Shown here: in pieces, positions 13,146 through 25,182 of the stretch | Numbering within the stretch: the stretch's first letter is position 1 | Layout: each line of letters opens with the position of its first letter | Source of the DNA: Dicyema japonicum | Lineage: Eukaryota; Animalia; Dicyemida | Assembly (NCBI GenBank): GCA_011109175.1 | Contig: RDEW01000021.1 | Span: 321,080 to 385,079 of the forward strand | DNA length: 64,000 nt | Reading direction: 5' to 3' | The notes under the pieces: model-generated | What the model saw: only the letters and a program-made list of their open reading frames with translations | What the model was told of the DNA's origin: nothing | The model's database searches: none | Program-made: the position numbers and the translations under genes

Positions 13146-14169
13146 GTTATGACGTTTTCAACATGAGGCAGAATGTTGAAATGACAAATCCGGGACAAAA
13201 TTTTTGATTTTCGCAAGAACCAGTCTTTCCAGAATTTTCTACACCAAACACAATAACGCGACCGGTTTGTATGAAGCTGGGTCCTTCTTCACTTTACCGG
13301 GTTTCAAAATTGGGCGTAGGCTGGAGTGCAATTTTTGTTAATGGAGTGATTAAATATCTTCGTCAATGCAGCGATTCCATAGTCCCCAAGATTTTTAGGG
13401 GAATCATTGAGATCTTTTCCGATCCGTTAGAATAGGCTGTTTTAATGACTTTCAATACATTTCTCATGTCGTTTTCAGTAAAGTGAATCACATCCGGTTC
13501 CTTTTTTGGTTTACTGAGATATTTCGGGGGTACATCCGACTTCTTATGGTCTTTATGGGATATTTTCACATATTATTTTATTAGGTTGTTTAATTTCTTT
13601 TGGCTGTGATCCACCTGGGATGATCTTTCATCTTCTCTTGAGATATCTCGAATGGTCTTCCAAATTTCAGCAGTGGATTTATTTCTATTCAACGAAGAGA
13701 ACACATGCTTCCATCTCGACTTTTGTGCATTGACCTCCCTGTTTTTTAGTTCATTGTTCAAAGCCTTGAGTCTAAGCTTATCCTCAGTTGTTACTTAGTA
13801 GACTTTTTGAGTTCGTTTCTTTCCTTGATTAATGCCGACCACCCATATCCTTTGGCGTAGTTAAGGTTTTTTGATCTCGCATCCAAGATGTTGTTCCAAG
13901 TGAGACTGCATTGACTTTAGTAACATTGTCGTCTCCCAAGATATTCTTCGCCATTGAAGTGATGTCCACACATTTAAGGTCTTTCAAATATAAAATGAGT
14001 AGGCCACCACCTCGCTTCCTCTTCCGATCAGTCCGTATTGACTTGTATCCATGGAACACTGGGGTAGGACTTTTTATAAAAAGTTTCGTCTTTTGAATCA
14101 AAGCCACGTCGATCTTCAGCTCCGCCAGGAGAGAGCGGAGTTCTAATATTTTCCTATTACGTTTAGTTG

Positions 14170-14930
14170 TGGAACCGTGAAAGACAATAATTTTTGTTTT
14201 CGATATAAATCTTTTATTTTTTTATTTAAAATTAATTTATTAAAGAAAAAAGTTTTCTCGGAATCTATATTTGGAGTTTAATGAAATCGATGAGGATGCC
14301 ATGTTTCGGGTTGAACTGATGGAAACCAGAGGATCAATTCTTAATGACGGCGGGGGGCTTTTCAAAGAAACGCCAAATAGCTGATTTTAAAGCCAGTCGT
14401 GGATGGCTCGAAAAAATTTAAAGACGAAATTGGAGAAACTTTGAAATAATGTTTTTACCACCAAATGCTTTATGGAACTAATCAAGAAATCTTGTCAAGA
14501 CTGCAAATAAATAATCCAATTCCAGAAAACGGGTTTCTTCTCTATGAGTATACAGAGAATGAAGAGATTTCGGAAAATTTGGATGATAATGAAGACACAG
14601 AATGCATGGTGGAGAACAAAAGAATGAAAAAGTCGTTTTAGACTACGATGCAGTGAATGCTGTCTATACATTGTGGAAGTAGCTCAAACAGAAGGATAAA
14701 GTTAATTTAAGTGTCTTCAATCACCTTGATGACGTTAGTAGAAACATCAAAACGAATATTAAAACGAGAATAACTAATTATTTTAAAGGAAGTTAATGTT
14801 TTCATTTTTTAATTATTATTTAAAATTAAAAAAATGCATTTTATTAATTTTATAAAAAATTCAAATTTGCCTCTCGAATCTGCCGTAATTTCCCAGGTCC
14901 AATATCTGGTGAATTCGAGAGGTTTTACTG
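14170..14930 (+). mobile_element. pogo/Tigger relic
   Basis: FKASRGWLEK (CENP-B HTH), C-terminal KTRITNYFK, right end GAGAGGTTTTACTG|TA. Left end uncertain. Confidence 0.7.
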
Positions 14931-14959
14931 TATTTTCAAGACCGGTGCGACCGGAGGGG

Positions 14960-15960
14960 GATGAAACTCTCCACAGAAAAGTCTAACCCCTTGAGAATTA
15001 GCCGTATCAAACGACATCATGGCTTGCCATACGCGCTTGGAGTGCCGAGATTGCGTTTACTCCGCTACCTGGGTGTTACGATTGATCATGAAGGCTCATT
15101 TCTGGAGGATGTTATACTAAGAAAGAGAGCGCTACATTCATTTTTTACTCGAAAACTTTCTGTCGGCACAGAGACGTTCTAATTCATATTCTCGAGAATA
15201 ATACGTTGATATACGGTTGTGAGGTGTAATATCTGTCCACAAAGACAAAATACTATCGTTATTGGAAAATTCGAGAAGTACTCCAATAAAACTGGATTTG
15301 GAGAAAAGACTACGGCGTGTTGCTTAGAGCACGACGGATGATCTGTGGAAATGTCAACCACCCTTCGGTCTCTTCCAATCAAATATGAATTATTGGAAAA
15401 TTCGAGAAGTACTTCAATAAAACTGGATTTGGAGAAAAGACTACATGACAACCTAAGCATGGAGGAAGATGAGATGCACATCCCAGTATGACAGATTAGT
15501 GGAGAACAGAATTCGCGGCTTTCGTGAAAGAACGATAGTAATTGAAGAGATGGGGGACGTGCAAAGTTTCCAGGCCATAAAGACAGGACTATGATGTCAT
15601 CGCAGATCAGTCGTCTGACGGTCATGACTCGTTGAAAAACACGACACCTCCCCACAGGCAAACTGACCAACCAAATTTTCATGCCCTCAACTACGAATGT
15701 ACCACTGCGATCTTTACCGTCCAGATAGTGACAATCTCCTGCAGAGTCTTTACCTGGTTGGCCATACATTCCTTTGCAGAGCAGAAATCAACTTCAACCT
15801 ACCTGACCTCAGTGACCGCCTTCATGGGTTTTCGCACAGATCTGAAAACGTACTCAAGGCTTTCGACTCGGTGTCATATAAGATTCTTGAAAATATTTTA
15901 AACAAGAATCTTAGCAAGCACATTGCCAGTCAAAGTCCCCGACTTCTTCCTATGATGTTC
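14960..15960 (+). pseudogene. Scrambled non-LTR RT fragments
   Basis: LRYLGVTID, HGF, KAFDSVSYKIL motifs out of normal order. Confidence 0.55.
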
Positions 15961-16026
15961 CCTAAGGATCCATATTAACACAGTAATAATGCACATTATC
16001 TACAAATTCAAAATGTAAAAATCATG

Positions 16027-16614
16027 TCAATCATCATTATCAGTCATCTCCTCATACATAACAACATACTCCCTCGTTGAGAACCCAAACTTGAGGACAT
16101 CCTTAGGAAATAGCTCGACATATCTCAAAGATTCAATAGTCGCATTGTTTAATGAGGTCCCGTTCGCAGACTCCAAGTCAATTATATATGGCCTTATAGA
16201 CTCCTCCACCACACGGAATTGAATCACGGCGTGTTGCTTAGAGCACGACGGATGATCTGTGGGAATGTCAACCACCCTTCGGTCTCTTCCAATCAAATAT
16301 GAAGACTGTCTGTGAATTGGAATTATGTTTAGGCACTCATCCCCTTTAAATGGATACAATTTCCACCGAATTGTTGGCTTTGCTGCTTCTCCGGGCTCAT
16401 TGTACTTTACGATTACTCCGTTCACTGTATTTGTGTCCTTTATGAGGTTCCCGCTCAGTTCTAATGAAGGAAGGATTTTCTTCACTGGAGAAGACTTTTT
16501 TTCTTCAACGGGAGATTGAACCTCCACTTTAATTACTTTTTTATTTCTTGTATGAGGAGATTCTGATCTTCTATGGCGTTTTTCGCTTTTATATTCATTT
16601 TTAGAATGACCCAT
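16027..16614 (-). CDS. SNIP1: Smad nuclear-interacting protein 1 / Pml1 (FHA domain), intronless
   Basis: PSLELSGNL..NTVNGVIVKYNEP..W.LYPFKG..HRQSSYLIGRDR..DHPSCSKQHAVIQFR..PYIIDLESANGT..KFGFSTREYV. Confidence 0.95.
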   Translation of the reverse strand: MGHSKNEYKSEKRHRRSESPHTRNKKVIKVEVQSPVEEKKSSPVKKILPSLELSGNLIKDTNTVNGVIVKYNEPGEAAKPTIRWKLYPFKGDECLNIIPIHRQSSYLIGRDRRVVDIPTDHPSCSKQHAVIQFRVVEESIRPYIIDLESANGTSLNNATIESLRYVELFPKDVLKFGFSTREYVVMYEEMTDNDD

Positions 16615-16900
16615 TGAATATTATTTTTTTACTGTGAAGTACACACAGGAGAGAATTAATTTAAAAATTAATTTATAATAAATATTTAAAAAAATATAAT
16701 TTTAATTTAAAACATTTCAAGAGCCCAATGTTTTGGAAAAGCCATCGCGTCATCTGGGTTCGTCTTTCCACTTCCTTATAATAGACTAGGCAACAACGTC
16801 CGATTAACCTGATACAATTAGACATGCTCACAAGAACAACGGCACATGTTTCTAGTTCATTATTTTCACCATAAATAAAAAATTTTTATCTAAGAAAAAT

Positions 16901-16963
16901 TGCCCGAGGTAGGAGTTGAACCAACGACCTTTAGATCTTCAGTCTAACGCTCTTCCGCTGAGC
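16901..16963 (-). pseudogene. tRNA-Phe(GAA) pseudogene, 5' acceptor strand lost
   Basis: Nearly identical to 24134-24205, but the first 9 nt are replaced so no acceptor stem forms. Confidence 0.8.
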
Positions 16964-17339
16964 GATATCTCAGTTGGATATTTTTTAGTATAAATAATGC
17001 ATAAACAATTAATCCTATTATAATTTAAATTTAAAATTATTATTTTATAATTAATACCAAGAATTGAGACTTCCTTAAAAATCATTGGTTAACAAAAACA
17101 TTGTTCTTGAATTTGTCACGATTCCTCTTTGATTTGATTTAAGAAAAATTGTGTGATTTATAGTGTTTTACAGTGTTTTTGTCAGAATTTTTCCTGATTG
17201 TAGCATTGAAAATATAAAACTTATTAAAATAGTTCATAATTTTATTTTATGCCTCTGAGTCTGTTCGATCGCTGAGAAGGCCACGAGTTTAAAACTTGCA
17301 AATTATTTTGTCCTACTCAAGGATTTTTTTCTACTCGCT

Positions 17340-17490
17340 GTTGATACGTCTGGTTCCCTTGTGCCTGCGACACTGGAATACTTGTGTCTTTTAGGGAATC
17401 GGATTTCTTCACGAACAAGAAATCCCCGATAGCGTTGCTGTTTATGTGAGCGAATCTCACTCGCCATCTCGAGAGGGATTAGCCACGCAT
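17340..17490 (-). repeat. LINE 3' end fragment (family D)
   Basis: Shares ACGTCTGGTTCCC..TAGGGAATCGGATTTCT..AGCGAATCTC with 8183-8310. Confidence 0.7.
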
Positions 17491-17599
17491 TTACGGCTGT
17501 CACTTTTGGCCATTTTATTTTGTCATTAATTAATGAAAGGGTCAAAAATATTTACGACTGAAATGAGAAGAATTTGACGAGGATAAGACAAGTGGCCCT

Positions 17600-17690
17600 T
17601 TTAGTTAGTTACCACGACCTACTAAAATGTACAAAGTCGGTTACCATCAAGCCTCCACCTGAGTACTAGGCATTCCAACAAGTCCCCGAA
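17600..17690 (-). repeat. Dispersed repeat family H
   Basis: Reverse complement matches 25510-25600 (GGGACTTGT..TCAGGTGGA..CCGAC..AGGTCG..AACTAAC). Confidence 0.6.
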
Positions 17691-17869
17691 TAAAATTGAA
17701 TTAATAAACTTTTGAAAGGTGGATGATATCTCCTTCATAACCACTAAACGACCATTCTACTCTCAGGAAATTTCTTTTATTAAGCTGTCATTCGTGCCTA
17801 TTACGATAAAGACTTCCGGGATCATGGGAAGGGTGTCTTTCTAATATTAAAGAAATGATTACTTCAAAG

Positions 17870-18755
17870 AGAAGCGAACCCCGTGAAGGAAATGGGAGTG
17901 ATTAGAGGGAACGCTCACGCAATCTTGGCCTATTAAATTAATTCCAAAGACCACTGTTAAACCGAAAAAAACTAAACTAAGTGATCCCGACAAATTGGAT
18001 CAAGGCTCTCATCATTGCTCGGTGTTGATCCCTTGAGCCTACACAAGTTCGTTACAGGCGGGCACTTTTTTTTGGCATTAGAGTTCATTTTTGTTTTTTT
18101 CAAGTAGTTTCTCCATGGGCGTCAGCGATTTAATGTTTCCCCTGTGTACCATCTCTCCGTTAGTTTAAAGGTCCTTTTCTGGGTTGCGGAGATTTTCTGG
18201 AAGTTCGCATGAGACCAGTCGTCCCCATGAAGTACACGCATATGAAATGGATGGTTTGATGTACTGTGAGTACAGCGTTTTAAGTATAGGGTGAAGTCCA
18301 ATTATCCATTGACCTGCTACGCATTTCAGAAAGTTGATTTTCTTCTCACATTTGTTCAGCACGTTAGTGACATGTCTCGTAAAATTCATGTGCGCATCGA
18401 AAGTCTGACACAATATTTTTTGCCATTTNTGCATGGTTCGATGTACTGTGAGTAGAGCGTTTTAAGTATAGATGATGTCCAATTTTCCATAGACCTGTTA
18501 CGCATTTCAGAAGGTTGATTTTCTTCTCACATTTGTTCAGCACGTTAGTGACGTGTCTCGAAAAGTTCATGTGCGTATCGAAAGTCTGACACAATATTTT
18601 TTGCCATTTGCTAAACGGCAATGATCTTCCCTCCGCAGTAACTTCTATTGTCCTGTTCGACAATCTTTTGTCCGAGGTAGAGAGAGTTGTAACAGATTTT
18701 TCGGTACTGATTGACATCCGATTTTCATTAAACCACTCGAGTAGTCGATCATGTG
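17870..18755 (-). mobile_element. LINE RT C-terminal relic
   Basis: EWFNENRMSISTEKS..FDTHMNFSRHVTNVLNKCEKKINLLKC..IKPSISYACTSW. Partly duplicated around N18429. Confidence 0.8.
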
Positions 18756-19210
18756 GTGGTGTTGTAATAGCAGCCTTTTCACGAGAGCCATAATATTTAT
18801 AGCTCCGCATAGGCAGGACACACACTTTAATTAAGCAAAGAAGAGGTGGTATTGTATGTTGTAAAAATTTTCCATTATTTATGTAAATTAAAAATATTTT
18901 ATTAAATTTAATTATTAATTAATGGAAATTGTTTATTTTTTAATTTTATATTATATATTTCATGTATTCCTACAAATTATTTGACTTTTACTTTTAATAA
19001 CACTCTCTTGTCTACAAATATTTTCTTTCTCTGCGCTACAACAAAATGTGCTTTCNCGCATAGGCAGGACACACACTTTATTTAAGTAAAGAAGAGGTGG
19101 TGTTGTATGTTGTAAAAATTTTCCATTATTTATGTAAATTAAAAATATTTTATTAAATTTAATTATTAATTAATGGAAATTGTTTATTTTTTAATTTTAT
19201 ATTATATATT

Positions 19211-20877
19211 TCATGTATTCCTACAAATTATTTGACTTTTACTTTTAATAACACTCTCTTGTCTACAAATATTTTCTTTCTCTGCGCTACAACAAAATGT
19301 GCTTTCATTGTCTTTTTTGTCATCGTCACGTGCTTATGTTAATTCAAAATTAAACCTTCATAGACGACGTTGATTTTTTCCATTTTCTTTACAAACGCCT
19401 TCATCCATTTGTGCTGAAGTGCGTTAATGGGAGTCATTCGTTTGGCCGGGTCCCATCTAAAATGTTGTAGGATCGCAAACTCAAGACATCTTCGTATAAA
19501 GTCGATAAAATTCTCATCATTTGAGCCTACCACAGAATTAAGGCAACGTGACCCTGGCCTTAGCTTTCTGCGGAATTTGGTGTTCATAATAAATTTGTTC
19601 TTCTCGTCTTCAACGGTTATTTAAGTGTCTACCAAAAAAGTTCCTTCTACGAGGGGAGTTCAAAATCATATGATTTGGCGGGTAATCGAGGATTTGTATG
19701 TTATAGAATATCTGCTCGTGTTCATTCTCCCCGGGGAAGAGGGCATTCCCCGTGTAAAGCTCGGCAAGAATGCACCCCAGACTCCACATGTCGATAGCTG
19801 TGCTGTATGGAATGCCAAGGATCACTTCAGGAGCTCTATAGAACCTGGACTGAATGTACGAGTAAACTAAAATGCTTATAAACTCAACTTGTCTTATTTT
19901 GGTTGCAACTCGAGCCAAAGTCAATGATCTTGCACTTACTTTGGCTGTTTTTTAGAAACATGACGTTTTCCTGAAATGTAATTTGCACACAAACTGGCTT
20001 CAAATCACAGTGAATGATTTTTTCCTTACTGAGGAGGACCAGACTCTGCAAAATATGGTAGTTGAGTTTCCGAATGGTCGAAAGGCTCATTCCCCCAAAA
20101 TTATTTTTCTTCAGGGAGTCGTATAAACTCAGTCTTGGGATAAAACCGTTCCCAACCCCAGTAATTCGAATGAGATGCAGAGATGGTTGCGGAAATAAAA
20201 ATATTCATTCATATGGACGATGTTGTAGATATTTTTGCTGTCCTTCCTCAATAATTTGTCCAACATTTCAACCTCCAGAAGAGCTTGTTGATGAAACCTT
20301 CGAATCATCGACGGACTTTACCGTTTTTTATTTCGAATGAGTTTTACCGCCACCATTTTCTCAGTTTTGTGGTCGTAGCACTTAAAAACCTGCCCAAATG
20401 ATCCCTTCCCAAGTTCCTCGATTACTTCAAAACGATATAGCAGGTGATCTCGGTTAACCTTCACTCACTTCACAGGGATCCTTACCTTTGCGTAAAATCC
20501 CTGATCAGTGTCGAATCCGTTGTTTATTTTGAACTCGTTGGTTTCCCGTTTGAGAGAATTTATTCCAAAATACCAAATTTTTGAATATTTCAGAATTTCC
20601 GTCTTTTCAAAGCTCGTGAGTTTATTCCCGAAATATTTGATGCATTCTAACCTGTCAATCAAACCCAACCTTCTGGGGAGATGGGAATCTTGATTCCGTT
20701 TAGTCTGGAGTTGTGGACCAGTCTCAGCCTTTCTTCGTTGGAGAGGCAGTATTTGGGGATGTATTTATCTGGAAAACTTTTTCTTATATCAATATCTGGG
20801 AGGATGATTTTATTTGACCCAGAGAAACTATGGTGGACTGCCTGTTTCGATTACAACCATGGAATTACATTTTTCAT
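19211..20877 (-). CDS. DYRK2: Class II DYRK kinase (DYRK2/3/4-like)
   Basis: [25 protein letters not shown] box [45 protein letters not shown]. About 9 GT-AG introns of 22-27 nt; start codon tentative. Confidence 0.92.
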
Positions 20878-21124
20878 GCTTAAAACACCAAATCAGCGAT
20901 TGCGTACCCGCACAAGTAAATAAATCATAACCTTATCGATTGTAAAATGAGAGTTCCCTTTGTTTGTGTAGAACAATATTGAAATCAATTATTATAAATC
21001 GTTTTGTTTATTTTAGATTAATTCATGAATAATTCTCGATAAGCCCGCAATGACCTTATAATCCTTCTTTCAACATGTTTCAATGTATTGAGTCAATGCT
21101 CAGGTGCCATTTAATCAATCATAT

Positions 21125-21350
21125 CTTTTTTACTATCATTAAGGAGACCCTTTAATAATATCATCACTACCAAGGAGTCCAAGGAAGGGGGATTAGAGAC
21201 TTTTTAATATCATCATCACTATCAAGGAGTCCAAAAAAGGGGGTTGAGAGACCCTTTAATATCATCACTATCAAGGAGTCCAAGGATGGGGGTTGAGATA
21301 CCCTTTAATAATATCATCACTACCAAGAGAAATGGAGATTAGAGACCCTT
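21125..21350. repeat. Minisatellite, about 45-49 bp unit, 4-5 copies
   Basis: Unit like AATATCATCACTAYCAAGGAGTCCAAGGAWGGGGRTTRAGAGACCCTTT. Confidence 0.85.
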
Positions 21351-21447
21351 AGGTGAAAACATTAATGTTTCGAGAATAATTTGATTTTAAAAAATATTTT
21401 TTTTGTAAAGACTAAATGTCCATCAGTTTAAGATGATTTGTCTATTT

Positions 21448-21633
21448 CAGAGGTTCTCGCGATTTTGAGACCAGGGACGTATTCGATAATTTATAAAGTG
21501 GCCAAGGGCCGCAAAAATAATAAGAATTTATTTTTTAATCAAAACATTGTAATCAGGCGTTACATTGCTAGATGAAATTCTGAGATTCTTAATAATAACA
21601 AAAGTGTTCAGGAGTCCTATTTGAGAACTCCTG
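21448..21633. mobile_element. hAT MITE (186 bp)
   Basis: TIR CAGAGGTTCTC / GAGAACTCCTG. 8-bp TSD GTCTATTT / GTCTAATT. Confidence 0.75.
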
Positions 21634-21709
21634 GTCTAATTTGTTACCTTAATTTAGGAGAGTCGTTTTGATTGGGATTAAAAAATCACCAGGTATCCAC
21701 TAATTATAA

Positions 21710-22800
21710 GGAATGAGCCATCAGGTGATCCAGGCTTCTCTCAACAACATTCTTATCTTTTCCCAGTGTTGCTCTCGAGAACCGACACATTTCGATAGTA
21801 CCTTCCTTCTTTTTCTGGTGGTTTTCCATTTCGGGTGAATATCTCGCTCGACTTCCTCAGAAGGACCTCAAATGGATTGCCATTATCGAGAAATTGATTT
21901 GGTCATAGTGGATTGAGGGGAGTTGATCTTTCCATGTTTGTTCTAGAAAGTTTTGTTCCCCAAACTGCACATCCATAACTTACAGTTGGCTCGATAAATT
22001 GGGTATACATCTTGTATAATAACCGGTTTGAGGATCCTTTAAATTTTGAGACGAGCACATCCACGAAGTTAAGCTATCGTGCCGAAGCACTGATTAAGTT
22101 AGACACATGTGTGCTGGAGGTCATAAGGGTTCAAATGTTACTCCCAGAATCTTAGCTTGTTTCTTGTGTGGGATTGCTCCACCATTCAAAAATAGTTCGA
22201 CGGAATAACTTGATAGCCTTCTATTCAACGTAAAAAGAGAGGTTGAGGACTTTTCTTGAAATTAATTTTTTCAACCATTCATGAAGTCTGTTCAGAGTAG
22301 TTTCAATTTGGCCGTAGCTGTCGCAACACATATCCCTGCAAGCATATATTATGTCATCGGCATACACAAGGGGTATCGAATTTTCGTCCGAATCAATTGG
22401 AGTATCCTCCAAGAAAACGTTATAAAGCGACGGTGACAGGGGGAACAATCCCGAGGTACGTTGTTTGGAAGAAATTTTGAGACCGATTGACAAGATTTTG
22501 TTTGGACTTTTCCTCTTCTACCTGTGAGAAAGTTCCCGAGCAATCTTTTGAAAATGCGGGGAAAAATGAGCAGTAGGTCTTCCTCGTTAAGATTTTTCTG
22601 GGGACCGAGTCAAAAGCCCTGCGGATGTCAACCGAACACAATATAGTTTGAGGTTCCTAGGCTTTGACTCAAGTCCCGCCATAATAAAGTTTGTGAGGGT
22701 TTGCAAGTGCGTAATTGTTGACAGGTCTTTCTTAAATCCGTGCTGGATAAATTCTTTATGTAAAATGGAAGGTGGCGCCAACTGTGGAAATAGTCACACA
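21710..22800 (-). mobile_element. LINE RT relic
   Basis: QHGFKKDLSTIT, VDIRRAFDSV, LSPSLYNVF, LVYADDI, KILGVTFEP. C-terminus LLREAWIT. Confidence 0.85.
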
Positions 22801-24133
22801 TTAAAAAAGGATCATTTGCTCACCGCAATCCATGAAGAAGGTCTTTCTTGGACGATTCTCTTTGTTATGCTCCGATTGAAAGAGCTAATTTATTAACATC
22901 CAATTTTCTCACAAAAGATTTAAATTTTAAACTGATATATTTAAAGTAATTATTAAAGCAACCGGAAAATATAAAATTAAAAAAATATAAAAAATAATAA
23001 AAATAAAAAATAGCATTTTTACATTTTCGGTTTTAAAATTTAGATTTTTTGTGAGAATCTTTGATATTAGTAAAATACCTCTTTCAATCGAAGCAGAACA
23101 ACTTTAAGGATTTGCATAGACAAGTGAGAGACTGCTATTTGAATATTTTAGTTTTTTCAAAATACCTACCAATTAAATTTTTTGGAAATATTCACTTTAC
23201 AAAAATCTACCTTGATGTGTACCTGTTCCAAGTCTAAAAATGCTTCCTCCATTGAAAAATCATTGAAGATAAAAAACGAAGCGATTTCGATAATGACTTT
23301 TGTTTAAAAAAAATTAATATTTACAATTTTCCAAAATTAAGTTATAATATCAACTTCGAACAATTTAATTTTCCTCTCGAATCCACCAGATTTTCCAAGT
23401 TAACCACTAATTAAGTGAATCCAGTTCCCAACATCACAGAAACAGAGTCCGTCCTACATCAAACAAGTCCATCCAAAACCCGCATAAAAGGGGCTCGCAT
23501 TTTTTCGAACAAGCCTTCGTCCAATACTGGAGAGAAATGTATCCGTCTTCTTTCCTATTATTAAAACAAAAATGTCAATTTTTGTTATAACTAGTTCAAT
23601 CTTTTGCCATAAAATGCCAAACCGAAAAAGGACCCAGTGAATCATTCTGGCTAAGACAAGATGCCATCTTTAATTTTAAATGCCATGGTTTAATTTAGTT
23701 GCCATAAATGCCATTTTGTACTTTTAATCAAATATTAAACAAAAAATAAAATATCAAACACGTGTAAGATTACTAATCCTTGTTATTCCACGCTGTAAAT
23801 CATCACAATTTACATTAAAATAACTTTGAATAAGAATTTTGTCGTCTTATTACCAATTTTTAGCTGGCAATACTATATTTTTGAAATTTTATAGTTAATT
23901 GGAACTCCTAAACTTCTGAGTGTGATACTTTTTAATTATATTTTCAAATACCAAACAATAGTATCAATGATAAAAAACAAAAACTGGAAGTCATTTATCA
24001 CTTACTAGTGGGGGAAGGAAACATAACTCTGTCCGACTAACCTGATAAAATTAGACATGCTCGGAGCAATAACGCCAGATGCTTCTAGTATATTATTTTC
24101 ACCATAAATAAAAAAATTTTTATCTAAAAAAAA

Positions 24134-24205
24134 TGCCCAAGGTAGGAGTTGAACCAACGACCTTAAGATCTTCAGTCTAACGCTCTTCCGCTGAGCTACT
24201 TAGGC
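24134..24205 (-). tRNA. tRNA-Phe (GAA)
   Basis: GCCTAAG/CTTGGGC acceptor stem, GCTC/GAGC D stem, CTGAAGA anticodon loop, TTCAACT T loop, T-run terminator. One U-U mismatch each in the anticodon and T stems. Confidence 0.85.
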
Positions 24206-24650
24206 AAACTAAATATATAATTATTTATGATAATATGACATGTTGCTTGATTTTTATTATCTAATTCGTTTTTTTATCAATTGCATCAAGTAGATTTCTT
24301 AGTGGATCTTTTTTAAGTATAAATAATGTATTGAACAAGTAACTTCATTAGACAAAACTGCACTTCTTTGGCAGAAGTTTCATAATTCCGTAACTTTTTG
24401 TATCCGATCACTTCGTGGTTATCCCCGTGGAANTGCACTTCTTTGGCAGAAGTTTTATAATTCCGTAACTTTTTGTATCCGATCACTTCGTGGTTATCCC
24501 CGTGGAAGATCTCGCTTTACCTCTTGGACAGCAGCTTGCACACGAGGATCACAGACGTACATTAATGGACACACTTTCGAGGGTTCTCTTGAGCATCCTT
24601 TTCCAATAACAGCACAAGCACAAGTGCCTATAAATTTTGTATATAAACTA

Positions 24651-25182
24651 ATGAAGTTTGAAATTCAAATGAGGGACGAAAACAGTAAATTTTGTGTGGC
24701 TGATTCAGACAATTCCAATTCCTTAGAAAACAAATGTGACTACACAACGAAGTATTCGAATTCGTCTGACTACTATACATTTGAAGGTAAATTTGAGTAA
24801 AATTTTAGATTATTCTAGCAATAACTCTAGCGATCCCTCCAAGTCAAAAAATGACTTTGAAAATTCAAATTCATGGGTTCAATATAACAGTAAATCCTAT
24901 GAATTTGAGTATCAACCCCAATACCCGCATTTTCCATTAACAATTCCCGATATCCCCCAATATTCTTGGTATCGACCGCTCAGTCGGTTTTACGAAGAAA
25001 ACTGCAAGGTTACTCGTCTCCAAGATGACCCAAACGGCTATCCCGTATACAGAATCGACGCGATTTCTTGCTCTGAGTGGTATTCAAGGCAAAAAGATTA
25101 TTCTAAAAATATTCCCCTTTCGTCCAATTCGTGCCAAAACCAAGGTTTTGATTTTCAGGATTCTGACTGGAAACAAAATTAG
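24651..25182 (+). CDS. Orphan Ser/Asn/Tyr-rich protein
   Basis: TATA-like motifs at 24629-24647, ATG 24651. A 22-nt GT-AG intron (24787-24808) joins into the 148-aa ORF; possible 24-nt in-frame intron. Confidence 0.55.

Larger units (their letters stand above)
10425..14165 (-). mobile_element. APE-type LINE relic interrupted by a hAT element
   Basis: APE (ALIQKTKL..RTDRKRKRGGGLLI) at 13830-14150 and RT entry (ILKPGK..SFIQ..LERLVL). Removing 10827-13153 restores HVENVITSYEKKTNVLKCLT. C-terminus LLGRAGI near 10440. Confidence 0.8.

Noticed and set aside
21125-21350. CRISPR-like array
   Set aside because: Contiguous units with no unique spacers and a eukaryotic context; it is a minisatellite.
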